Shown in pieces: positions 36,619 to 45,619 of a stretch of DNA of 64,000 nt. The position numbers were made by a program, and so were the translations under genes. The first letter of the stretch is position 1, and the number at the start of each line of letters is the position of its first letter. Source of the stretch: Minisyncoccota bacterium (GTDB lineage: Bacteria > Patescibacteriota > Minisyncoccia > Phycocordibacterales > SBAW01); contig DASZWN010000001.1 of the NCBI GenBank assembly GCA_035546575.1, positions 119,254 through 183,253 of the forward strand, given 5' to 3'. The notes under the pieces are model-generated. The model was not told the DNA's origin, made no database searches, and saw only the letters and a list, made by a program, of their open reading frames with translations.

Positions 36619-36816
36619 ATGGCTACTAAAAAAACAACACTAAAAAACCACACTCCAGAGGAACTCAACAAGCTCGCTCTCGATAAGCAGGAAGAGCTCC
36701 GGGTCTTGCGCTTTTCTGCTTCTGGTGGTAAAAACCACAATGTAAAGCAGACTAAAATGCTCCGCAAGCAGATTGCGCGTGCACTCACAGAGCTTAACGC
36801 CCGCCGCACCAAGTAA
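36619..36816 (+). CDS. rpmC: 50S ribosomal protein L29
   Basis: MATKK...EELNKLALDKQEELRVLRF...; start set at the internal ATG of the ORF-track ORF. Confidence 0.85.
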   Translation: MATKKTTLKNHTPEELNKLALDKQEELRVLRFSASGGKNHNVKQTKMLRKQIARALTELNARRTK

Positions 36817-36820
36817 ACCT

Positions 36821-37066
36821 ATGGAACCAAAAGTAATACATAAAAAGACGCTTCGCGGCACCGTAGTCTCCGACAAAATGCAGGAGACTGCGGTAGTTGC
36901 CGTGTCTCGCTACGTTAAGCACCCAAAGTACAAAAAGTATATGAAGAGCACCAAAAAGTACCATGCTCACAACCCAGGCAACCGCGCTAAGGAGGGGGAG
37001 ATGGTAACAATCCGCTCCTGCCGACCAATGTCTAAGACAAAGTCGTTCGAGATCGTGTTTGCATAA
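36821..37066 (+). CDS. rpsQ: 30S ribosomal protein S17
   Basis: TLRGTVVSDKMQETAVVAV.RYVKHPKY.K; start set at MEPKV. Confidence 0.85.
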   Translation: MEPKVIHKKTLRGTVVSDKMQETAVVAVSRYVKHPKYKKYMKSTKKYHAHNPGNRAKEGEMVTIRSCRPMSKTKSFEIVFA

Positions 37067-37071
37067 TTTTT

Positions 37072-37452
37072 ATGATCCAGCCACAAACATTAGTAGTGAT
37101 TGCAGATAACTCCGGCGGCAAGATCGGGCGCATTTTCAAAGTGCTCGGCTCATCGCACAAGCGCTATGCGGAGATCGGCGAGCTCGTAGTGCTCTCGGTA
37201 CAGGTTGCCGAGCCGCGCAAGGGTGTAAAGAAAAAGGATATTCTCCGCGGTGTGGTAGTGCGCCAGAAAAAGGCAATGCGCCGCAAAGACGGCTCGTACA
37301 TCCGCTTTGACGAGAACGCAGTCGTGATCCTTGAGACTGCAGGCAAAGACAAGAAGGAGCCTAAGGCGGGCCGCATCTTTGGTCCAATTCCGCGCGAGCT
37401 CCAGGAGCTTGGCTACCAGACAATCATCTCCCGTGCTCCGGAGGTTGTATAA
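37072..37452 (+). CDS. rplN: 50S ribosomal protein L14
   Basis: [17 protein letters not shown]... Confidence 0.95.
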   Translation: MIQPQTLVVIADNSGGKIGRIFKVLGSSHKRYAEIGELVVLSVQVAEPRKGVKKKDILRGVVVRQKKAMRRKDGSYIRFDENAVVILETAGKDKKEPKAGRIFGPIPRELQELGYQTIISRAPEVV

Positions 37453-37457
37453 ACACT

Positions 37458-37682
37458 ATGAACACTCTCCACATTAAAAAAGGCGATAGCGTTGTAGTGC
37501 TCTCTGGCAACGACAAAGGCAAGAGCGGCAAAGTGACCGCAGTGCTCCCAAAGCTCAACCAGGTGGTTGTTGAGGGTGTTGGTATGCGCAAAAAGCACGC
37601 AAAGCCTCGCCGCGAAGGCCAAAAGGGCCAGATCATCGATAAGCAGTTTCCAATCCACGCCAGCAATGTAGCGAAGAAGTAA
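37458..37682 (+). CDS. rplX: 50S ribosomal protein L24
   Basis: [20 protein letters not shown]. Confidence 0.9.
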   Translation: MNTLHIKKGDSVVVLSGNDKGKSGKVTAVLPKLNQVVVEGVGMRKKHAKPRREGQKGQIIDKQFPIHASNVAKK

Positions 37683-37689
37683 ATCGTAT

Positions 37690-38241
37690 ATGTCTAAACT
37701 ACTTCAAGAACAACAGAAAACAGTATTTGCTGATCTCAAGGGCAACTTTGGATGGGTAAATGTCATGCAGACACCAAAGATCGAGAAGGTGGTTGTCTCG
37801 GTTGGTGTAGGCTCTACTAAAGACAAAAAGAAAGTGGAACTGATCGAGAACCGCCTTGCTACTATCACGGGCCAGAAGCCGGCTCCTCGCGCAGCTAAAA
37901 AGGCTATCGCCACGTTTAAGACTAGGCTGGGCGACAAGGTTGGCTACCAGGTTACGCTCCGCGGCAAGCGTGCAGAGGACTTTGTTAACCGCCTTATCCA
38001 CATTGCACTTCCTCGCACCAAGGACTTTAAGGGCATTCCGGTTACTGCTATCGACGAGATGGGCAACTACACGCTCGGCATCAAGGAGCACTCGGTGTTT
38101 GCAGAAACTGCAGACGAGGAGCTCAAAGACATCTTCGGCATGGCTATCACGGTTGTTACGACCGCAAAAAACAAGGACGAGGCAAAAGCATATCTCACAC
38201 ACCTCGGATTCCCCTTCAAAAAGGACCCGACGCAAAAATAA
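37690..38241 (+). CDS. rplE: 50S ribosomal protein L5
   Basis: L5 family sequence. Confidence 0.95.
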   Translation: MSKLLQEQQKTVFADLKGNFGWVNVMQTPKIEKVVVSVGVGSTKDKKKVELIENRLATITGQKPAPRAAKKAIATFKTRLGDKVGYQVTLRGKRAEDFVNRLIHIALPRTKDFKGIPVTAIDEMGNYTLGIKEHSVFAETADEELKDIFGMAITVVTTAKNKDEAKAYLTHLGFPFKKDPTQK

Positions 38242-38261
38242 TTTTTAGAAAATAGTTTGAC

Positions 38262-38293
38262 AAAGAGTGCTTAAAGGAGCACTCTTTTGTTTG
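38262..38293 (+). terminator. Intrinsic terminator after rplE (aaagagtgct-taaagg-agcactcttt + T-run)
   Basis: 10-bp perfect stem. Its position is unusual, in the middle of the normally contiguous spc operon. Confidence 0.7.
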
Positions 38294-38321
38294 GTGGTTC
38301 AACTAGGCGGAGGAATGAAGC

Positions 38322-38522
38322 ATGAAAGACGGGGAACATACTCAGGGTCAGCGGGGCAAACGCCCCATGTCCAAGCATGAGCGTGCGGTTGCATATGCGC
38401 TGAGCCAGGAGGGCCAGCGTGAAGCCCGGGGGTTTCAGAAAGATGTTGCTCGCCACCGGCACGACGAAGTAGTAACTGCTCTGGTGGGAGACTTCCGTCT
38501 CCGCCTCTTTTACAGGCATTAG
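38322..38522 (+). CDS. Hypothetical small protein, 66 aa
   Basis: SD GGCGGAGGA 7 nt upstream. Followed by the terminator cccgcg-tatcgctg-cgcggg + T-run at 38531-38567. Confidence 0.4.
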   Translation: MKDGEHTQGQRGKRPMSKHERAVAYALSQEGQREARGFQKDVARHRHDEVVTALVGDFRLRLFYRH

Positions 38523-38582
38523 GCCTCCTGGGTCCCGCGTATCGCTGCGCGGGGCCTTTCTTTTTATAAAATTGAGAAAAGT

Positions 38583-38611
38583 AAAAGGCGCTCCTTACGG
38601 GGCGCCTTTTT
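38583..38611. terminator. Bidirectional terminator (AAAAGGCGCtcc-ttac-ggGGCGCCTTTTT), family member 2
   Basis: On the 3' side of the minus gene 38610..39077. Near-identical core to 32583 and 39133, including a shared upstream AGTAAAAGGCGC. Confidence 0.7.
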
Positions 38612-39077
38612 AGAAAAATTCTCCTGCCTTGTACTCCTTCATCAGCTTCTGTGCTGTTTCTCTTTCTTCTTCGTCGTTGATTCGCTCTGCCCACTGTTCA
38701 GCCTCAGGAAGGTTGTCGTATACAAGAAGGGTCAGGAGTGTCGTAATCTGGTTCGGGTGGTCGTCGCCTTGGTATATCAAGGCCGCAACTGCGTTGAGAC
38801 GAGCTGCCTCCTTGTCTTTGTGCATCCAGATTGCACTGCTGATTGCATGATGATGCCAGAACCACAGTATCTCGAGACACCATTCGCGCTCCTCTTTTGG
38901 AAGTGCGCGCAGATTTGTACGACTGAGGATTTTTCGGACCTTATTGGTGAGTAGGAAAGGGTTTTCGTAATCCCACTCTCCAGCCTTAAATAGCCGCTGG
39001 TCTTCATCGATGTACGCACGATACAGGTCGCGGATAGTAGTGACTCCCGCCACCGCGTACGCCTCAAGAAGTGACAT
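38610..39077 (-). CDS. Hypothetical protein, 155 aa, inserted inside the spc operon
   Basis: ORF-track ORF. Sits between a promoter-like AT-rich region and a terminator. No recognisable family. Confidence 0.5.
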   Translation of the reverse strand: MSLLEAYAVAGVTTIRDLYRAYIDEDQRLFKAGEWDYENPFLLTNKVRKILSRTNLRALPKEEREWCLEILWFWHHHAISSAIWMHKDKEAARLNAVAALIYQGDDHPNQITTLLTLLVYDNLPEAEQWAERINDEEERETAQKLMKEYKAGEFF

Positions 39078-39132
39078 GTTGTCCTCCGTATTTCAAACCA
39101 ACCATCACTGTGTCATATCTGCGGAAAAAGTA

Positions 39133-39160
39133 AAAGGCGCCGGTGGAAGGGCGCCTTTCT
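39133..39160. terminator. Bidirectional terminator (AAAAGGCGCC-ggtggaag-GGCGCCTTTCT), family member 3
   Basis: On the 3' side of the minus gene 39175..39480. Confidence 0.65.
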
Positions 39161-39174
39161 GCATTCTTGGGCAG

Positions 39175-39480
39175 TCAGTCCAACTGCTCGACGAGCTTCT
39201 CAGCTGTCGCTTTATCAACACCGTGGATGACGAAGCACCCAACCAATGTCGAGCGTCCCGACTGAGCCTGCTTCTCCTGGATAAGTCGGAGGGCCTCCTC
39301 CGGGAGTCCCTTTGGGAGGGACCGTCCGGCGAAACGCACCTTCATGTCCTTCGCTCCTGCGAAGGCGAGGGCAAGGCTCCTTTCGGCAGCTGCCTTGACC
39401 TCGGGTGAAGCCGGATCTGCCCGGCCAGCCGCTAGGCGGACTGCAACTTGCCCAAGCGCCTCTGTACGAGGGTCGCTCAT
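39175..39480 (-). CDS. Hypothetical protein, 101 aa
   Basis: ORF-track ORF with its own terminator. No recognisable family. Confidence 0.45.
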   Translation of the reverse strand: MSDPRTEALGQVAVRLAAGRADPASPEVKAAAERSLALAFAGAKDMKVRFAGRSLPKGLPEEALRLIQEKQAQSGRSTLVGCFVIHGVDKATAEKLVEQLD

Positions 39481-39612
39481 CTCGATTTCTCCTTGTTTCG
39501 AAGAACGCTTAACCAGACTATATTATACCATAGGATATAGATAAAAGTCAAGTGATAGAAATGGCCCTCAAAATAGGGTTGGTACATAAGGGTGGGGCAG
39601 GAGGGCGGGTAT

Positions 39613-39641
39613 TTGCATTTCTGCCTGGGCTACGGTATAGT
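39613..39641 (+). promoter_or_regulatory. Promoter TTGCAT-17-TATAGT that restarts transcription of rpsZ-rpsH-rplF-... after the insertion
   Basis: Good -35 and -10 with a 17-nt spacer. Followed by a gcccatatgggc palindrome plus T6 (possible attenuator) and a leader of about 120 nt. Confidence 0.55.
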
Positions 39642-39775
39642 CTCTCCACGCCCATATGGGCTCCTTTTTTCTGTCAGGTGCCGCTTAGTCTTAATTGGCG
39701 AGGCAAACCCACAGAATCACCCTTCGACAGGTTTGAGCATGGGGCTTAGCCGAGGGATCGAAGGAACAAAAGTAT

Positions 39776-39961
39776 ATGGCAAAAAAGTCTACAGTAGCGC
39801 GCTCAAACCGTGCCCCGAAATTCAAGTCGAGGGTTGTTAATCGTTGCTTCCGCTGCGGCCGCAAGCGCTCATTTATGCGCGACTTCGGCATGTGCCGCGC
39901 CTGCTTCCGCGAGGCAGCGCTTGAGGGCCTTATACCTGGCGTTCGCAAATCATCTTGGTAA
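39776..39961 (+). CDS. rpsZ: 30S ribosomal protein S14, type Z (zinc-binding, 61 aa)
   Basis: [23 protein letters not shown] with CxxC...CxxC. Confidence 0.9.
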   Translation: MAKKSTVARSNRAPKFKSRVVNRCFRCGRKRSFMRDFGMCRACFREAALEGLIPGVRKSSW

Positions 39962-39970
39962 TCATCTTTT

Positions 39971-40357
39971 ATGGTAACTGACCCTATCGCAGATTTTTTG
40001 ATCCGACTTCGCAACGCGCTTATGGCGAATAAGGAGTCTGTCGTCGTACCGTCCTCTAAGATGACCCTCGCTCTTTCCGAGGTGCTCTCTCGCGAGGGAT
40101 ACATCGGCGCTGTCGACAAAAAGGTCAAAAACAACTCACTCACGATTGCGCTCACCTACAAAAACGGCCGTCCATCTATATTGGGCAGCAAGCGCATCAG
40201 CAAGCCGTCGCGCCGCATGTACATCGGAGTACACGATGTAAAGCCGGTTAAACGCGGCCACGGCCTCCTTGTACTCTCAACCCCGGCAGGCATTCTCACA
40301 GGCAAAGAAGCGAAGGAGAAGCATGTCGGCGGGGAAGCGCTGTTCGAAATCTGGTAG
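39971..40357 (+). CDS. rpsH: 30S ribosomal protein S8
   Basis: MVTDPIADFLIRLRNA... Confidence 0.95.
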   Translation: MVTDPIADFLIRLRNALMANKESVVVPSSKMTLALSEVLSREGYIGAVDKKVKNNSLTIALTYKNGRPSILGSKRISKPSRRMYIGVHDVKPVKRGHGLLVLSTPAGILTGKEAKEKHVGGEALFEIW

Positions 40358-40389
40358 TTCGATATGACTCACCACAAGTAATCATTCGT

Positions 40390-40923
40390 ATGTCACGCCT
40401 TGCTAAAAGACCAATAACGCTCCCCGCTAAAACCGAGATAACATTCTCCGGCGATTTGCTGACGGTTAAGGGGCCTAAAGGCACGCTCACGCGCCAAGGT
40501 CATCGCCTTATCACTATCGAGAAAGGGGAGGAAGGCGTGCAGGTGTCGATGAAGAAGGACACGCTTGAGGCCCGCGCGCTTGTCGGCAGTTTTGCTTCGC
40601 ATGTGCGCAACATGATCGAGGGCGTCAACGCCGGCTTCAGCAAAAAGCTGATCATCGAGGGCGTCGGCTACAAGTGGGACGTTGCGGGTAAGACACTCAA
40701 TTTGGCACTCGGCTTTTCGCACCCTGTCAAAATGTCGATCCCCGAAGGCCTCACCGTAACGATCGAGAAGGGAGTACTCTCAGTTGCGGGATTTGATAAA
40801 GAACTCGTGGGCCAGTTTGCCGCAAACGTCCGCGCGCTCAAGGTGCCGGAGCCGTACAAGGGCAAGGGTATCCGCTACAGCGACGAAGTGATCCGCCGCA
40901 AGCAGGGCAAGAAGGCGGCGTAA
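40390..40923 (+). CDS. rplF: 50S ribosomal protein L6
   Basis: L6 family sequence. Confidence 0.95.
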   Translation: MSRLAKRPITLPAKTEITFSGDLLTVKGPKGTLTRQGHRLITIEKGEEGVQVSMKKDTLEARALVGSFASHVRNMIEGVNAGFSKKLIIEGVGYKWDVAGKTLNLALGFSHPVKMSIPEGLTVTIEKGVLSVAGFDKELVGQFAANVRALKVPEPYKGKGIRYSDEVIRRKQGKKAA

Positions 40924-40956
40924 TCCCGAGCTTGCGAGGAACAATACAAAGAACGT

Positions 40957-41301
40957 ATGAAAAACAACATTAAAACTCAAGGCCGTGAACGCCGCCACAA
41001 CCGCATTCGCTCTCGCGTCGTGGGTTCAGCTGCGCGCCCACGCCTCACCGTATACAAATCAAACCGCTACCTCCATGCCCAGATTATCGACGATGCTGAG
41101 GGTAAAACCCTTGTCTCTGGTACGACACAGGGAGTGAAGGCCACGAAGATGGACGCTGCAAAGAAACTCGGCGCTGATATGGCAAAGCGCGCACAGGAGG
41201 CGGGGATCAAGGCGGTTGTATTTGATCGCGGCGGCTTCCGCTACACTGGTCGCGTAGCCATGCTCGCAACGGCAGCGCGCGAAGCAGGACTCAACTTTTA
41301 A
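40957..41301 (+). CDS. rplR: 50S ribosomal protein L18
   Basis: L18 family sequence. Confidence 0.9.
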   Translation: MKNNIKTQGRERRHNRIRSRVVGSAARPRLTVYKSNRYLHAQIIDDAEGKTLVSGTTQGVKATKMDAAKKLGADMAKRAQEAGIKAVVFDRGGFRYTGRVAMLATAAREAGLNF

Positions 41302-41307
41302 TTACGT

Positions 41308-41916
41308 ATGGACGATATGACTGAACAAAAGAATGATATGGAAGTGGTAGCACAAGAGGCTGCGGTTGAGACTGCTACCGAAAACGCTGCACCGGCAGCA
41401 GACACCCGCGCTCCTCGCGAGCGTCGTGGTCGTACGGGCGGTCGTGGCGGACGCCCAGGCAGCAATCGTGCGCGTCCGGAGCGCAAGAGCGAGTACGACC
41501 AGCGCATCATCAATATCCGCCGAGTGTCTCGTGTGACTACTGGCGGTCGCCGCTTCACCTTTAGCGTTTCGGTTATTATCGGCAATAAAAAAGGCAAGGT
41601 GGGTGTGGGTGTCGGCAAAGCGGGGGACACTACGCTCGCTATCGACAAGGCGGTGCGCGATGCAAAAAAGCACATGATCACCGTGGCGCTGCGCAAAGAC
41701 TCTTCTATTGCGCACGACGTGCTCGCAAAGTTTAACGCGTCTCGCGTTTCGCTCACTCCGGCGCACGGCCGCGGTCTTGTTGCAGGCTCATCGGTACGCC
41801 CGGTACTCGAACTCGCAGGTATCACCAACATCGTTGCCAAGGTGCATTCGGGCAGCAAGAACGGCCTCAACAATGCGCGCGCAGCAATCGAGGCACTCAA
41901 ATCTCTTAAGGCATAA
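41308..41916 (+). CDS. rpsE: 30S ribosomal protein S5 (with Arg/Gly-rich N-terminal extension)
   Basis: S5 core sequence IINIRRVSRVTTGGRRFTFS... Confidence 0.9.
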   Translation: MDDMTEQKNDMEVVAQEAAVETATENAAPAADTRAPRERRGRTGGRGGRPGSNRARPERKSEYDQRIINIRRVSRVTTGGRRFTFSVSVIIGNKKGKVGVGVGKAGDTTLAIDKAVRDAKKHMITVALRKDSSIAHDVLAKFNASRVSLTPAHGRGLVAGSSVRPVLELAGITNIVAKVHSGSKNGLNNARAAIEALKSLKA

Positions 41917-41926
41917 AACACCCACC

Positions 41927-42346
41927 ATGCAACTCAACGAACTTAAACGGGCAACCCCGAACAAAAAAGAAAAGCGCGTAGGCCGCGGAGGCGGTCGCGG
42001 CAAAACCTCTGGTCGCGGTACCAAGGGCCAGAAGGCGCGCGCGGGCCACAGCATCATGCCGGCAATCCGCGAGCAGCTGAAGAAACTTCCGAAGCGCCGC
42101 GGCTACAGCTTTAAGAGCATCCAGGCAAAGTCGTCGGTAGTTAACCTCTCCTTGCTCGAAAAGGTGTTTCAGGCAGGTGATACCATTAACCCAAAGATCC
42201 TCATGGATCGCGGCGTCGTGCGTGACACGGGCGCGGTCAAGATCTTGGGCGATGGCGAACTCACTAAAAAATTTACGATCTCCGGGTGCGCGATCTCTGC
42301 AAGCGCTCGGGCAAAAGTAGAGAAGGCAGGCGGCTCGGTTTCCTAA
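41927..42346 (+). CDS. rplO: 50S ribosomal protein L15
   Basis: MQLNELKRATPNKKEKRVGRGGGRGKTSGRG...; start set at the internal ATG at 41927. It directly follows rpsE; no L30 gene lies between them. Confidence 0.9.
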   Translation: MQLNELKRATPNKKEKRVGRGGGRGKTSGRGTKGQKARAGHSIMPAIREQLKKLPKRRGYSFKSIQAKSSVVNLSLLEKVFQAGDTINPKILMDRGVVRDTGAVKILGDGELTKKFTISGCAISASARAKVEKAGGSVS

Positions 42347-42358
42347 CACCACTCGGAT

Positions 42359-43633
42359 ATGAATACCTTTATACAACGACTCACGCTTCTCATCGCAGAC
42401 AAGTCGCTGCGCAATCGGCTATTGTTCGTAGTCGGCGCGCTCGCTGTATTCCGCGTACTCGCGGCTATTCCGATTCCGGGCGTTAACGCGGCCCAGCTGC
42501 AAAACTTTTTTGCTAACAATCAGTTTTTCGGTCTCCTCAACCTCTTCTCGGGCGGCGGCCTTTCGAGCCTCTCCATTGTGATGCTCGGCGTAGCGCCGTA
42601 CATCACGGCCTCTATCATCATGCAGCTCCTTACGATGATGATTCCGGCGCTCAAACAGCTCTACCAGGAAGAGGGGGAAGCGGGTCGCCAGCGCTTTAGC
42701 CAATACACCCGCATGCTCGCGCTTCCGATAGCGGTGCTCCAGGGTGTTAGCTTTTTGCTTATCCTCGAGCGCCAGGGCGTACTCACGGTACTTTCGCCAT
42801 TTAACTTTGCGGCAAACTTGCTTGTGATAACGGCAGGCTCACTCCTCCTTATGTGGATCGGCGAGCTTATCTCGGAGTTCGGTCTCGGCAACGGCGTATC
42901 GCTCATCATTTTTGCCGGCATTGTGTCCCGCCTTCCAGAAACTATCAGCCAGAGCATCTTCGCATTCGACTCAACGCAGGTTCCGGTATATCTCGGCTTC
43001 CTTGCGGGGGCTATCGCAGTTATCGCGGCAGTCGTCGTTATCAGCGAGGCTGAGCGTCCGGTGCCGGTAACCTACGCCAAGCGCGTTCGCGGTATGAAGT
43101 TTATCTCCGGCGGCGGTTCAACCTACCTTCCGCTTCGCCTTAACCAGGCAGGCGTTATCCCGATTATCTTTGCGCTCTCACTCCTCCTTATCCCGCAGAT
43201 GTTCGCGAGTTTCTTCTCAACCTCAAGCAACGCAATCCTTTCCGGCATCTCGGCTTCAATACTCAGCACCTTCCAAAACCTGACCATCTACGGCAGCCTC
43301 TACTTTGTCTTCGTGTTCCTCTTTACCTACTTCTACACTGCAGTTACGTTCGACCCGAACCAGATCTCGGAAAATCTGCAGAAGAACGGCGCGTTTATCC
43401 CGGGTGTGCGCCCAGGCATTTCCACCTCTGAGCATCTCGCACGCATCATTACGCGCATCACGTTTGTGGGCGCGCTCTTCCTCGCGATCATCGCGGTGCT
43501 CCCGATTATCATGCAGTCGATAACGGGTATCACCACGCTCGCGCTGGGCGGTACTGCGCTCCTCATCGTGGTTCAGGTGATCCTCGACCTCGCGCGTCGC
43601 ATTGACGCGCAGATCTCAATCCGCGAGTATTAA
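42359..43633 (+). CDS. secY: Protein translocase subunit SecY
   Basis: 10-TM SecY family with conserved segments. Confidence 0.95.
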   Translation: MNTFIQRLTLLIADKSLRNRLLFVVGALAVFRVLAAIPIPGVNAAQLQNFFANNQFFGLLNLFSGGGLSSLSIVMLGVAPYITASIIMQLLTMMIPALKQLYQEEGEAGRQRFSQYTRMLALPIAVLQGVSFLLILERQGVLTVLSPFNFAANLLVITAGSLLLMWIGELISEFGLGNGVSLIIFAGIVSRLPETISQSIFAFDSTQVPVYLGFLAGAIAVIAAVVVISEAERPVPVTYAKRVRGMKFISGGGSTYLPLRLNQAGVIPIIFALSLLLIPQMFASFFSTSSNAILSGISASILSTFQNLTIYGSLYFVFVFLFTYFYTAVTFDPNQISENLQKNGAFIPGVRPGISTSEHLARIITRITFVGALFLAIIAVLPIIMQSITGITTLALGGTALLIVVQVILDLARRIDAQISIREY

Positions 43634-43636
43634 TAG

Positions 43637-44218
43637 ATGGAGAAGCAGGGCAAACTCGTTCTCGTTATTGGCCCAACTGGCAGCGGAAAGAGTGCGCTCA
43701 TGGCACATGCGCGGCAAGCCGTGCCTGGCCTCGTGTTTCCGATATCGTGCACTACTCGCGCGATGCGACCCGGCGAAGTCGAAGGAGAAAATTATTTTTT
43801 TGTAACTCCAGAGGAGTTTGAACGCCGCGTTAAAGCGGGCGATTTTCTAGAGTGGAAGCATACCGACGAAAAGCGCTACGGCACCCTTAAATCACAGATT
43901 CTTACGCCGCTCGCAGAAGGTAAGACCGTCATTCGAGAGGTTGAGATACGCGGCGCGCGCGATATTTTGGGCGGCCTCGTCCCGCGCGATCTCGTACACA
44001 CTATATATATCGACGGCGGTTCGTGGGAGCAGCTTGAGGCGCGCATTTTAAGACGTGCTTCCATGGGAGAGGTCGAGCTTGCATCACGCCGCACCCGCTA
44101 TGCGGAGGAGTCGGTTTTTAAGAACGAAGCGGATGTGGTGATAGAAAATACGGAGGGCAAGCTGGAAGAGGCAAAACAAGAGTTCGAGAAAGCTATCCGG
44201 GCTATCATGGAAGCGTAA
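43637..44218 (+). CDS. gmk: Guanylate kinase
   Basis: GPTGSGKSAL P-loop; RPGEVEGENYFFV. Confidence 0.85.
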   Translation: MEKQGKLVLVIGPTGSGKSALMAHARQAVPGLVFPISCTTRAMRPGEVEGENYFFVTPEEFERRVKAGDFLEWKHTDEKRYGTLKSQILTPLAEGKTVIREVEIRGARDILGGLVPRDLVHTIYIDGGSWEQLEARILRRASMGEVELASRRTRYAEESVFKNEADVVIENTEGKLEEAKQEFEKAIRAIMEA

Positions 44219-44238
44219 TATAGTTTAAAATACCTAGC

Positions 44239-44832
44239 GTGAATCAACTTACCGTAATCTTTTTAGGGCCGCAAGGGAGTGGAAAGGGCACACACGCAAA
44301 TATGTTTCAGGAGGACCTCAAGCGGCTCGACGCCGGTCGTCCCATCGTTCACTTTGAGATGGGCAAAAATCTGCGCGACTTGGCTTCCGGCAACTCGTAC
44401 ACGGGGAGACTGCTCCAAGAAGTAATCAGCCGCGGAGAGCTGGTACCGTTTAACATCAGCAGCAGCGTGCTCTCGCAATATCTCATCAGCGCCATGCAAG
44501 GCAACGAACATCTTATCATCGACGGCTTTCCCCGCAGCGAAACACAGATGGACGTTGTAGACACCACCATGCAATTTTATAAGCGCGAGTCTCCAACCGT
44601 CGTGCACATCAATATTTCCGATGAAGAAGGGCTTAAGCGCCTCCTCAAGCGCGGCCGCTCCGACGATACCGAGGACAATATTCGCAGACGTCTTGCCTGG
44701 ACTCGTGCTGAGTGGGATAAAATCCGCAAACGACTAGACGCAAATCCAATGTACAAAGTACTCGAGATAGATGGCGACCACAGTATCGAGGACGTACATG
44801 CCGATATTCTCGCCAAATTAGGTTTAGCATGA
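44239..44832 (+). CDS. adk: Adenylate kinase
   Basis: GPQGSGKGT P-loop; IDGFPR. Confidence 0.9.
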   Translation: MNQLTVIFLGPQGSGKGTHANMFQEDLKRLDAGRPIVHFEMGKNLRDLASGNSYTGRLLQEVISRGELVPFNISSSVLSQYLISAMQGNEHLIIDGFPRSETQMDVVDTTMQFYKRESPTVVHINISDEEGLKRLLKRGRSDDTEDNIRRRLAWTRAEWDKIRKRLDANPMYKVLEIDGDHSIEDVHADILAKLGLA

Positions 44833-45590
44833 TAGCAAAAACACAAAGCGAAATAAAAAATCTGCGCGAAGCAGGGAAGCGCATGGCTGAGGTGGTGCGC
44901 GAGGTGCTTGCTGCGGTCAAGCCGGGAGTTTCTTCTATGGAGCTTGAGCGTATCGCACGCGAGGCAACCAAACGGGTTGATGCTGTGCCATCGTACTTAG
45001 GCTATGGCGTAAAAGGGGAAAACATATATCCGGCAGCACTCTGTGTTTCTATCAACGACGATATTGCGCATAGTCCGCCCACTCCAGATAAAATTTTAAA
45101 AAAGGGAGATGTGGTCTCGATCGACTTCGGTCTCAACTATAAGGGCGCGTTTATGGATACTGCCTACACGATTGCCGTGGGCGAGGTAGACAGCAAAGCA
45201 AAAAATCTTATTGCTGGCACTGAAGCCGCGCTTGCGGTTGGTATAGATGCTGCGCGTGTCGGAGGCAAAACTGGCGACATTGGTGCGGCAGTTGAGGCAG
45301 TAGCAAAGCAATACAAACTCGACGTCGTGCGCGACTTACGCGGTCACGGCGTTGGCAAGGCAGTGCACGAGGCACCAAATATTCCAAACTTTGGCACTAA
45401 AGGCAAAGGAGTAGAGATGGTAGAGGGCTTGGTGATTGCGATCGAACCGATTTTCGCAGAAGGCTCCGGTGAGATGGTAGACAAGGGCGACGGATTTACC
45501 TACACGACCAAAGACGGCTCGCGCGCCGCGCATTTTGAGCACACGGTGCTTATCACCAAAGACGGTCCGGAGATTTTAACGCTCTTGTAA
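44829..45590 (+). CDS. map: Methionine aminopeptidase, type I
   Basis: Pita-bread fold sequence with metal-ligand residues (D..D..H..E..E). Confidence 0.9.
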   Translation: MIAKTQSEIKNLREAGKRMAEVVREVLAAVKPGVSSMELERIAREATKRVDAVPSYLGYGVKGENIYPAALCVSINDDIAHSPPTPDKILKKGDVVSIDFGLNYKGAFMDTAYTIAVGEVDSKAKNLIAGTEAALAVGIDAARVGGKTGDIGAAVEAVAKQYKLDVVRDLRGHGVGKAVHEAPNIPNFGTKGKGVEMVEGLVIAIEPIFAEGSGEMVDKGDGFTYTTKDGSRAAHFEHTVLITKDGPEILTLL

Positions 45591-45619
45591 AAACTCCCGC
45601 ACTATTGTAGAGTGCTGCC

